DNA from: Felis catus
Lineage: Eukaryota
Direction of reading: 5' to 3'
Length of the DNA: 64,000 bases
NCBI RefSeq assembly: GCF_018350175.1
Contig: NC_058382.1
Location: forward strand, 60,018,001-60,082,000
Part shown: one piece after another, positions 25,181 through 36,252 of the stretch
Numbering within the stretch: position 1 is the stretch's first letter
How the letters are laid out: every line of letters begins with the position of its first letter
Position numbers and translations under genes: made by a program
The notes under the pieces: generated by a model
The model's input: the letters and a program-made list of their open reading frames with translations, nothing else
Databases searched by the model: none
What the model was told of the DNA's origin: nothing

Positions 25181-28100
25181 TATTGACGTGGTGGGTGGGT
25201 TTCCCTCCGTGTCCCTTGGTGGGTGGGACGTGGTGGGTGGGGCTGCCGAGTGGCTAGAGCTGGGTCTCAGGGTTCCAGGAAGGCTTCAGCCATGGATGGC
25301 TGTTGAATTATGGTTGCTGAGGGGGGTGTGTGACGGGGGACCTCCTATTCTACCATGTTGCTGACGTACTTCCTGGCCCGTAATTCTCTTGATGGACCAG
25401 AACGTGTGGCTGTGGCCTGTCTCGGGTCTGGCTAGAATCCACGTAAGTGGGGGACGGGGCTACAGTGCCTGCTGAGCGTTGCTTCTTCCCATTTTCCCTG
25501 AACCACCCACGGACTCCTCTATCATCGTTCATCCCCAAACCTCATCTCTTCCCAGCAGGTGCTTTTGTGTGAGGCGGAAAAAGGTGTCCCGGGGTAGGAG
25601 CGGAATGACAGATCATCCCCTGTAGGTGGACAAATTATAAAGAGGCACTGTTCGGGGTAGTCTCCAGAGCTGTGGCTGGTGGTCAGTGGCTGGTGGTGCC
25701 CGGAGCTCCTCATCTCAGGGAATGGTGCTTCTATCCATCTGTTTTCCCATAATTGAAGGCTCAGGTGACATCCCAGATGCCACCCCCAAGCCCTGCGCCT
25801 TGCCTCCGTCCCCAGTATCAGCTTGGGGGTCAAGTCCTTTTGATCTCATCCCATGACATCTCTTCTCCACTGTGACCACCCTAGTTCAGGCTTCCGTCAC
25901 CTCTTGCCAGGACCCCTGCCACAGCCTCCTCAAGTACTCCCCCAAATTCACTTAGGAACCCTCCTCCCCATGCCCAATTCATTTTTCATCATTCCAGCTA
26001 AAGCAACTTTGGAAAATGCAAATCTGATCGTATCTACCCTTGTCCCAAACCTTGAAAAGGCTTTGGTTATTTTAGGATCAAGACAAAACGCATCCTTTGG
26101 CCAACAGGGACTCGCACAGCCCATATCCTAACGACCTTTCCCGCCAGATTTCACAACCTTCCACCTCACAGCTCTAGCACTGCCTTGGCCGTGTGACCCT
26201 GGGCGTTAACCTCTCTGAACTTCACGTTCTTCACAAAGAATACGGACTATAATATACGCCTGACTCAAGGCACGGCAACTTAACACATGATAATGCGATC
26301 ATTTCTTGAGTCGGGCCTTCTGTGAAACCCTTTACAAGCTCTACTTCCTTGAACCCTCCCAATATTCCCATGAGCTGTGAGTCTGAGACGCCAGTTTCCG
26401 GAGGAGGCGGCCAAGGCTCACGAGGCCTCGGCAGTGCAACATGTGCCACAGGAGAGCTTGGATTCCAAGCCCAGGTCAGGCCAACTCCATGTCCCTGCTC
26501 TTACACACAACTGTGCTGTTTTCTAGGGTTTTTCCTGGGCAACTGAGAGTTTCACGCATAATGGACTTGGCTTCATCCTAATGACATCTTCAGGAACAGG
26601 ACGCTTCTGCAGGATCCCAGGGTCTGCTGGAAACGGCATCACACAATTTTGATGGGGCCTTTGAGATCTCTGCGAATGCCCAGTGCGCACACGTGGAAGG
26701 GGGTTCCCCCGTTTCTGGTGCCATCCAGGCCAGAGTGCCCTCCCTCTCTGGCCATGAAGCCCCCACTAACAGGACACTAGCCTCATTACTTCCAGAACCT
26801 GGACGGGAATCATGTACGAATTGACTGGCGTGGAGCAGGGCCCTCTGCAATAGGGAAGCAGCCCTTCTTTGGTGGACAGCTGGCTTTGCCAACGGCCAGC
26901 TATTTATTTTTAAAGCCGTGGCTAATCAGCTAGATGTCAATATTAACACTCTCCTTTATTTGAGCTTCCTGGGTGGCTAAGTGTAAAACGCACGAATCTG
27001 AGTCACCAACAACGAGAAAGAGAAGTCAGCGACTCTGGCATAAGCGCAAAGACAGTTTTGATGGGCTTACTGTCTGATGATGACTTAGCAGTGGCTTGGG
27101 GCCCCGCAGTGTGCAAGGCCCGGCCAGGAAGGAGCCGGCCACCCACACCTGCACTGGAGCTACAGACAAGGCACTGTGTGATGTTTTGAAATGACACGAA
27201 AATTGCCAGTCTACAGTTACCTGCGTTCTCGTCAGACACGCACGTATCTAAGAAATCTCAGTTAAGTTTTAGACTTGGCTATGACTGAGGCAGGGGTGGG
27301 GACAGAAGGCACGGCCGTCTAAAACCATTTTGCAGCCACTCATCTCTCAGGATCTGTGTGCTCAGCTTCCGCAACCCTTTTCCCCCACTATGAGCAGACT
27401 CTAGACCACAGTGTTTTGGATTCCTAACTCCGCTTTTGTCTTTTTCCAGCAGCGTGACCTTGCTGAGCAATTTTCCCTCATCTGTAGACAGGAAAATTCT
27501 CATTTCAATGTGAATAAGTATCTCTTCCAGCACTGAGCTTCCGTGACTCTTCTCTGGAATTTCTTTAAGGCACTTTTCCTGCAAAGAAACCCAATGACCA
27601 GCCTCAGGAGAGCTCCCAGGTGTTAATTCTGGAAGAGATTCTAACTAACGAGGTTGCCCAAGGTCACACGGCGCGTTACTGCCCTGAATTGGGCTTTTTG
27701 TCCCTGGCAAAAAGGGAAGTGGGCAGGAAACTTGCAGGGAAGCGTTTTCTTTCCCAAATGAAAATAGCTCCACAGCCTTGTTCTTGCTCGTCGTAAACAA
27801 CTCGGAAAACAGAGGCGAGTAGAGAGAAGAAGGAAAAGCAATGGGAACCCCAGCCCACGTGAGGCGCAATGCTGATGGCAGTCAGCAGGAATCGTTTCTG
27901 GGGATTCTCTACAGTTCAGGGATTTCTTCCCACGAGTGCCAACAAGCGTGCATTTATGCTACATGCGTGGAACACGTCCACACACCGAATTCGTGCTCGT
28001 CCATAAGATAGCCTATACATTACTGACGCACGTCTCGTACGGTAACACATTAGTTACATACGGTACATATGCCACATAACCACACACACGTGTTTCCACT

Positions 28101-28204
28101 CGTGAGCGCCGGGAGGTGTGGACGGACGCCGGGGAGCCCGGGGCACCTCCTATTACCTGGGGGCGCGCCTCCCCAGCGGCAGCGGCCGCGACCCCCGCGT
28201 CTCA

Positions 28205-28361
28205 ACTACAAGTCCCAGCAGCCGCGGGCGCGGCCCCTGACGGGACACCCGAGTACGGAGAGAGAGACTACAAGTACCGGCAGGCTCAGCGCACACGCAG
28301 GGACTACGATTCCCAGAAAGCACCGCTAGCGGGTCGCGCACGGCCCTCTGGGATGTGTAGT
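28205..28361. promoter_or_regulatory. Cluster of four ZNF143/THAP11-type ACTACA-N-TCCCA motifs
   Basis: ACTACAAGTCCCAGCAGC (28205), ACTACAAGTACCGGCAGGC (28267), ACTACGATTCCCAGAAAGC (28303), and reverse-strand ACTACACATCCCAGAGG (28361-28345). Confidence 0.8.
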
Positions 28362-28699
28362 CGTCGAGGGGAGAACTGATTCCTATTCATTCGGCCTCAG
28401 AGAAAAATGTAAATTCCTCTTACGGTCCACCGACGCAGCTTCCCACCGGGCTAACGCGGAGACGGAGCTTACGCTGAGGAGGTAAGGACCCTCAGAGGCC
28501 CAAACTAGGGCGCGGCAGGAGGACGCGTGCGCATGCTCGGCGGTCGTCGGCGCGGCCGAAAGCGCGCGCGGGAGGCTCCGAGCGGCAGGCCCCACCCCCT
28601 CGCCCCGTCCCTGCGCCCGGCGCGCCCCGCTTAGGGAGCGTGCGCAGACGGTGCAGGGCGGAGGGCCGCGGGGAGGGACTCGCGGCGCCTGCGCAGAGC

Positions 28700-28776
28700 G
28701 GCGGCTTCTCTCGCGAGGACGGACGCCATTATCGCATCTCCCCGACAAACACCACGAGAATTCCGCAGCCCACACG
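28700..28776 (+). other. BANP: BANP non-coding first exon (5'UTR); start approximate
   Basis: Lies within the CpG island, spans the YY1-like site and ends at donor ACG|GTAATT (GT 28777-28778). Resembles my recollection of the mammalian BANP 5'UTR. Confidence 0.7.
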
Positions 28777-30194
28777 GTAATTGCAGCTCCCGCAGCCGGT
28801 CGCGTCTCCACCTCCCCCTTCCCGCGGGGCGAGAGCGAGAGCGAGAGCGAGATCTCCCCTCCTCCCTCCTCCCTGCGCCCTCCTCCGGCCGCCGCGCCCG
28901 CCGCCCCCGCCCGGGACGCCCTGCGCGGCCGGCCAACGGCCCGCCGCCCTCGGCCCTGTCGGCGCCCTCCGCTCCCCCGGTCCCCCTTCCCGGTTCCTGC
29001 TGCTTCGCCGCCGCGGGCCCTCCGCCCCCGTCAGCCTCTCCTCGCCGCCCGCCGCGAGCCCGCCCCTCCCCCGCCCCCTGGCCCCGGCGGCGCTCCCGGC
29101 GGCGGGCCGGGCGTGGGGCCGCGCGCGAGCCTCGCTCCCCCCCGGGGTGCCGCGCGCCGCGCCGGTGGGACGGGCGGGGGACCGGGCGCCCGCGGCCGCG
29201 CGCGGTGGCGGGGCCGCCCCTGCCGCTTGGCGGGGACGAGGGGTGACGGCGCCGCGAGCGAGCCCGGCGCCGGTGGCCGCTGTCGGGCCGGTCTCCGGGC
29301 CGGCGTGTGCCCTCGGGCACCGGCGGGCGAGGGCGCACGCCCCCGCTCGGCCGAGGGCTCCCGGAGCAGGGGGGGGGGGTCGTCCGCGAGGGAAGATTTA
29401 GGGGTTCGGTCCCCCCCGCCTGTTTGGTGTGGCCCTTCGGAAGTGCGGCCTCGGATGCCGGTCCCACCTGCACCGTGCGAGCACCTTGGAGACGCCGCCT
29501 TCACGCGGGGCTGGGTTTTCACTGAAGACCTGAGCGCTCCCGGAAGAGCTGCCCACACCTGTGGGCGTCTGAGGACCGAGACTTTGCCCGGCTTTGGGTC
29601 TGTTCGACCGGAGTGGCTCTTAGCGGCCCGTTCGGAATTGCCTGTCCCGCCCCGGAAGGGGCTCCCGGGCCCGGCGGCGTTGGTGCGGCGGCGCCCGGGG
29701 AAGGTGGTCGGTGGGAGGGGCCGGCCCCTTCTCGGGCACACTTGCGACTGGCCGTTCGGGAGACGGGAGCGAACTTGGGGGTAGTCAGGTGGTCCTGCGG
29801 AAGCGGGGGAGCAGGCGGTCAGAAAGTAGGTCAGCCGGCCATTCGAGATCCAGCCCTTGGGACCGCCCCGGGGTACAGACGCCCGGTGGTAGCAGAAACC
29901 CCCAAACCGCCCGCGAGGCTAGTTCTTTCCGTATGTTTGGCTCCCGTTTTCTCCTCGTCTCGCAGTTAAGATAAGAGTACGTTCTTGTGATGTTGGATCC
30001 TGACCACGTCCGTTGGCTTTAAGTTTTCAGAAATGGCTGCCGTTTGTGGGTTATGTGCTGTGGCTGGGACTGCTAATCATTTCCAGTGTCTCTTGTCCCA
30101 GCGATCCGGTGAGGTGGTGGAGGCCCACAGAGGTTGAGACTCGTCCAGGACACACAGAGCCAAGGCTTTGAACTCAGTCTGTCTGAGGTTCGGG

Positions 30195-30198
<4 letters not shown>

Positions 30199-30244
<46 letters not shown>
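30199..30244. repeat. (TA)n microsatellite
   Basis: Uninterrupted TA dinucleotide run. Confidence 0.95.
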
Positions 30245-30247
<3 letters not shown>

Positions 30248-32321
30248 ATATCTGATATTTTAACCAAAGTCCTATACACAGTAAAATGTCGGTGAAAACT
30301 TGAACATTGAGAAGCAGCAGTCCCCTGTCCAGCCTTTCAGTTTGTCTCCTCAAATCTTTTTTAATGTTCCTTCTGGAAGGTTTCCATAGCTCTGAAGCGA
30401 AAGTTGGTAGTTTATTAGTTTTACACATTGTCGACTTTCTGTTATGATAGATGATTTCGCTTTTCAGGTCAGATGCCATTTTTTCTACCCCTTGAATTAA
30501 CTGTGTTCAATTGTTTATGACTGTACAAATACTGTTTGCTTCAAGGCCGAGTGGTGCATTTTCTCTCTCCTACAGTCTTTTGTTTTTTCTGTTGTTGGTA
30601 ATGGCTTTTTTTTTTTTTTTTTTTTTTTGGTATTTTTTTATTTGGGTTTTTTTTTTTTTTTGGTATTTTTGCATTTGCTGTTCCCGTGATTCTTTGTCTT
30701 AAATTTTAAAGCATGCCAGATCTCTCCAATGTCCCGTCTTCTCCCCAGGTCTCTGTCCTCTTTTTCTGATCTGGATTGATTACTCTGTAGGCCAGTGACA
30801 AGTGTACTGCCGATATTTTCCTGTATTATACATCTGAGTTTGTTCAAGATTCCATGTGTAATCATGGCTTTCTTTATCATTTCAATGAGAACCTTCTGCC
30901 AAGTAGCCGTATTCCTTTTGGGTAACTCTTTAGGATCCTCTTCGGTGTTAGGGGCATTTTCAAAGTGCCCCAGGATGTGGAGTCCCACTTTGAGTGCTCT
31001 GTGCCTCTGGGGGCTTGCCTTTCAGCTCTGGGAAATTCTCTTTGTATTTATTTGAGAATTGTTTCTGCTTTTACTCTTTCAGGAGTTCTTATTAGTTTGA
31101 TGGTGGACATCTTGGATTGAACCCTTGAATCTCTTTCTCTTCCTTTGTCATTTTATTCTCATTTCTGGGAGAGGGCTTCGATGTATTGCCCAGTCTTTTA
31201 AATTTTTTGGTAACACAACTGAAAATTTCGAAGAGCTTATTCTGTTTTTTTCCCCCCACAGTTTATTGTTTTGTGAATGCATTATCTTCTCGACTTTGAG
31301 GAGACCAGTAAGGATTTTTTTTCATTTCTTTTATTCTCTGATTTCTTATTCTAGTGTCACTGTCGCCATCATCTTTTTAAAAATACCGGTTTCATACTTC
31401 ATATGGCAAATACTCCTTAAAGATTGGTAATTATTGTTGTCTAAGGCCAGAGAAAGGCAGAGAGCTGAGTCTGTGGGGCTGGTTTTGAAAATGTGCGGGT
31501 CTCCCCTCAGGTGATCGGGAACTTGTTACTGTGTGGGACTTTGAGTGCCAGAATCCAGAGACTTTTCCTCTGCGTCTTACAGCTTAAGAAAGACCCCTTT
31601 GATGTGGGGCTGCTCCCCCTGGTCTAGGGAGGACTCTTTATAGCTTTTCCGTGCAGGGATCCCACTTGTGTGAGCAGGCTCAGCCCTTGCTTCGCCGAGT
31701 GTCCTGGCCTACCACAGGCTTAGAGCCCTCCTCTGGCCATACCCATTCCTGTGTGCTCCAGGTTGTGGTTTCCTTTGTCCTCCTAGATCCTTTCGGTCTC
31801 CCAGAAGTTGGCAAAATACCTTGCCCGTGTCTTCTTTCTTGTGGGTTTATTATCTGCGATTAAAAGTCATTTTAATGGGATGAGCAGAGATCACCTTTGT
31901 GGCTCGTTCTCACTGTGAGCAGGAATTCCAGAGCCCATTCTTGTCACTCTGCTCTCCTGCCTCCCTGTGGCCTTGGTAATGGGCGCCTTCTGTCAGTGGA
32001 ATGGGTGGCCTACTCATTGTCCCCATGGCCATCTCCGCGCTGCAGTGTGGGCGGACGTGGTGCGTTCCTGCTGGAGGCGCTGGCTCTGCGGCCTTGGAGG
32101 GGTGCCAGGCTCAGCTGGGGAAGGCCAACCGTAGACAAAAGGTTGTGATTTCATACTCTGCTTTCGGTCTTGGCACGTCGCACCGGCTTCTCACACCACG
32201 TCCTCGTACAGAGATAGCACTTAAGCATGCCCGAGTTTAAGGATTTGCCTCCAGTTAAACAGTGATTACTGTACTTGAAGTGTCATCTTTTAACAGTATT
32301 TTTTCAAAATATTTTTATTCC

Positions 32322-32324
<3 letters not shown>

Positions 32325-32363
<39 letters not shown>

Positions 32364-32513
32364 CCCCGTGTTTTATTTATTTATATTGAGACAGGGAGAG
32401 GGAAGGAGCAGAAAGGAGAGAGAGAATCCCAAGGGCCCGATCCCACTAACTGGTCATGACCAGAACCAAAATCAGAGTTTGGCGCTCAACTGGCTGAGCC
32501 ACCCAGGCGCCCC
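32325..32513 (-). mobile_element. Poly-C run (32325-32362) abutting a degenerate CAN-SINE
   Basis: 38 consecutive C, then TTTATTTATTT...GAGCCACCCAGGCGCCCC. Confidence 0.8.
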
Positions 32514-33858
32514 TAAAGCGTAATCTCAACGCATTTTAGTCGATTGTCCTTTGAAAGTTGTGCACGGTGAAATACATCAGCTGCATTTGTCAGGGCCCAG
32601 CGAGGCCCACGCGAAGTGGTCCGTGGATCAGTGACCTTGCCATCTCTAGGTGTTTGGGAGAAATGCACACTCTCAGGCCCCCAGCAGACATGGAATCAGA
32701 ATCTGCAACTTTGTAAACTTTTACCTTTGAAGTAAATTGACAGTTAAAGAGAAGTTGGGGGAATAGTTCAGAGCGCTTCCGTCTTCCTGTCACCCGTTTG
32801 CCATAACGCTGACTTCTTACGTAATCAAGTGTCCTTAAAAATCAGAACCTTAGCATCAGCACAACACTATTGACTGAATTTCATCAGTTTTCCATTAATG
32901 TCCTTTTTCTGTTTCAGGATCTAATCCAGGATCCCACTCTGCATTTAGTTGTCATGTCTCCTGAAGTGTCCTCCAATCTGTGATACTTACATAGCCCCAA
33001 GTATCTCTCCCAAGAGGTTTATATATCACAAAGGGAAAAATGGTAACTTCACGGTGGAAAAACCTGACAGATACCACCTTAACCAGCAATAAGACATACC
33101 GTGTCCTGCACTGAGACAGAAATGCGTGCCCATAGTGCGGTCATGTGAACCCAGATTGAGAGACAGTCACCAAAATCTTAACTGTTGCTCCTCAGAAGCG
33201 TCCAGGTCTCGAAAATCAGGGAAAGACTTAGAATTTGCATTTGCAAAGATGGCAGGTGTGGTATATGCACTTTGACGCTGCGGAAATACTTCCTGTGCTA
33301 GATGGGTGCCAAGGAATAAGAGATCACCACAGTCCCGTTTTGTGGATTGGTAAATGGAAGCTTCAGGCACAGGTCCTAGGTGAGTTTATGTTAATGGTTT
33401 ATTGATAAAACACCCAGCATAGAGTATTAGCCTTCACTTTTCCTGTGATCTTCACCTACACTGTATAAATTCTGAAAACATTAGCGGTACCATTAAATAC
33501 ACAACCCACAAGACTGACTTTAAAATGTGCATGTAACTTTACCAGTTTAGCTATTTATAATCTGGAAAACAAACATTTTTCTCATTTTGAAGAAGCTCCT
33601 GGGGGAAAATACACATTGAGGTTTTTGGTGAGACTGTCTCAGATACAAAGCTTTAAAAAGTCCTCCCTGTAACAGGTAAATAAAGATCATTGTTGTGTTC
33701 TCTGACTTCACGTATATGATGGTCATGAAAACATCACGTAATGGATTGTTCATTGGAAGAACTTTGAAGCATTCTGAAATGTTCACTTTTGGGGCTGTGA
33801 GGGGGAGTTTTAGGGAATTTGAGAGCAAATATTGAGTGGGATCTCATTGTTGCAATTT

Positions 33859-33863
33859 GCGCG

Positions 33864-33905
<42 letters not shown>

Positions 33906-34055
33906 TGATGAAGTTTATTTTGAGTGCACATGCGCACGTGAGTGAGGAGGGCCAGAGAGGCAGAAGGGGAGAGAACCTCAAGCAGGTTCCGCACTGCCAG
34001 CACAGAGCCCACCGCAGGGCTCAATCGTGACCTGGGGGACCGGGCCCCGGCGCCC
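33859..34055 (-). mobile_element. (GC)n(TC)n repeat plus degenerate CAN-SINE
   Basis: GCGCGCGCGC(TC)n, T-tail, AAGCAGGTTCCGCACTGCCAGCACAGAGCCC. Confidence 0.75.
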
Positions 34056-36055
34056 TGCAGTTTGCTCCTGAAAAGCTACCCTTGTTTTCTTGCTGGGGGC
34101 CAGTGCCTGGAGCTCATTTAGCGCGTCCGCAAGAATGGAAACAGCAGTCCCGTCCTGCCTGCTTTTCAGGGTAGCGATCAAATAACGTTTAGGTTTCCCA
34201 TTTTCATCTTGTGCATGTTGTGAAACCAGTTACACGTTAGAGCTTCAGCTGATTGTTCAACTTTATGCTATCTGCCTCACCTTTTTGGCTCTGTCTGTTG
34301 TCCAGGGCTGTGGCCGGACTGCCCCCCCTGGAGGAAGTTCTGGACTCCTCACCCCCCAGTGCAGTGGTGAGGTGTGGCATCCTCATCATAGAGCATCGGT
34401 GTGTGCCTCTTTAAGAGGAAGCAGAGCCTGGGGGCAGCACCTGGAGCCTCCCATCCCTTGAAACCTGTGATTGTTTTTGAATTAAATTGTGATGGGAGCA
34501 TGAACTTCTTAAGCCACACGCGGACGGTACGTCCAAAATATAGTGACATCACGTGAAATCGATTCCTATATTGAATTAACTTTTCTGTACCTTTCACTTC
34601 TACCCACGGTCAAGAAGTGTCCAATATAATTGAATTTTTGGGCCATCTACCTCCATGGTGACCCAGAATACCTCAGGAGGTCAGGTCGCTTACAGTGCAT
34701 AAGCGTGGAAGACGAATATCCAACAGGAAGGGCCAGAGAAGGCAGAGATGAGAACATGTTTTAATTGAGTCCCTGAAAAAGTAGACAGGTGGTATGAATG
34801 TATATGTGGAAATTGACTACCATTTCCTTGTCCTAAATTATCTTGTATTCGCAGATAAAATAGTCGAGCGTACGTAGGGCCCTGAAAGTGCAGGCGGGTT
34901 GGACGGGGGCCCAGGTAGGGACGGAGACCTGCCCTCACGGGTGGGAATGCTGTCAGGAGACCCGGGATGCGCTGAGCCAATCAAGCAACTGTGGCCAGAA
35001 GCCTGTACTGACAAACTGTTTGGTAATAAAGATTTGTATTCTGAGCTTCAAAAACTGCTGCTTGTGGTCTGTAGTGATTTTTTTCCTTTTTTTCACAAGG
35101 TAGAAAATCACCAAATAACTTGAAGCGTGGCTTATCCTTTCTGAACTTTCTAGAAAGGGGTTTGGATGACACTGGCAGTGAAAACTTGATGTGTGTGTAC
35201 TGCTCTACTCCCTGGGTGGCACTTGGGTCCGGTGGGTGTGGCCAGAGCCTCGGGCATCTTCACGTCAAAGACAGATCAAGAACCGTGGATCCAGGCTTTG
35301 GTTCCTGCTGTCACCACGGTTCAGCCCTGTGATCCATCGGCAGGTAGATGGCTGGGGTGCGCCTGTCTGCTGCCACACCATCCTGTGGACTCGTCGGCAG
35401 GAGCCAGGGATGGTCCTCGGGAGCAAGGTGCTGCATGAGGCTGCCTTTTACGCCAGAATGCTTCCCTGAAGATGCCGAAGCCGTGTTAATTCACACCCCA
35501 TGTGTTTTTAAACGGAATTGGACAAAGAAAGCTGAGCGTCCTATTTACCTGCTAAAAGTGGCTGCAAGAAATATTCGTGGTTTTTGCAAAGTGAGGGTTT
35601 AATAGGTTATTTTAGATTTGTGTAGTTTAAATTTATGTAAAATTGCAATCATGCTATGCTAGGAGAAAAGCTGACGGGGTGACATGATGAGAGCAGATGC
35701 ATACTGCTTGGGGTTCCCTTCAAGCATAGCTGCTAATAAAAAGTGCGGTTAGATTTGCGTCTTGAGTTCTGGGGACCGTTCAAGAACTCGGCCTGCTGTA
35801 CCTCGTTGGGATTTCTCTGGATCCCCCATAATGTGAATCAGAAGTCACTCCTTACAGCTAATAGGAGTTGGAGCAGCAAGATCACCGAGACCTGAAGGCA
35901 ACCAAACCATCCTGTGGTCGCGCAGGCCCCTCTTCCAGAAGGTCGAGATTACTCTTCTGCAGGAATAGTTCCTGATTTCCTTACCCCTCAGTCTCAAGGC
36001 AGTTTCGAGATTCTAAAGATTCCACAAATGTCACTAAACACTTGGGAGCTCTAGG

Positions 36056-36252
36056 GCAGAAGTCAGGAAACTTTTTCTGTAAAGGCCCAGATTAAATAAA
36101 TTGTTTTTGGCTTTGGGGTCTCTTGTCACAACTGCTCAGCTTTTCCCTTGGAGGGTGGAGGCCAGAATGGGTGTCGCTGTTTTCCAGTAAAATTTATCTA
36201 CAAAAACGCAGGATTTGGCCCGTGGGCTACAGTTTGTGAATCTCCAAGCTCT
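36056..36252. mobile_element. MER58A-like hAT-Charlie MITE
   Basis: AAACTTTTTCTGTAAAGGCCCAGA ... GGATTTGGCCCGTGGGCTACAGTTTG. Confidence 0.7.

Larger units (their letters stand above)
28100..29950. promoter_or_regulatory. BANP: CpG island / BANP promoter
   Basis: Very GC- and CpG-dense stretch with GC boxes, an NRF1-like GCGCCTGCGCA near 28685-28695, a YY1-like ACGCCATTAT (28723-28732) and TCTCGCGAGG (28709-28718). Lies upstream of the BANP coding exons. Edges approximate. Confidence 0.9.

Noticed and set aside
28631..29784. Long overlapping ORFs (377, 280, 236, 206 aa) in the CpG island
   Set aside because: Low-complexity Pro/Arg/Gly/Ala frames on both strands are expected where stop codons are scarce; no recognisable domain.
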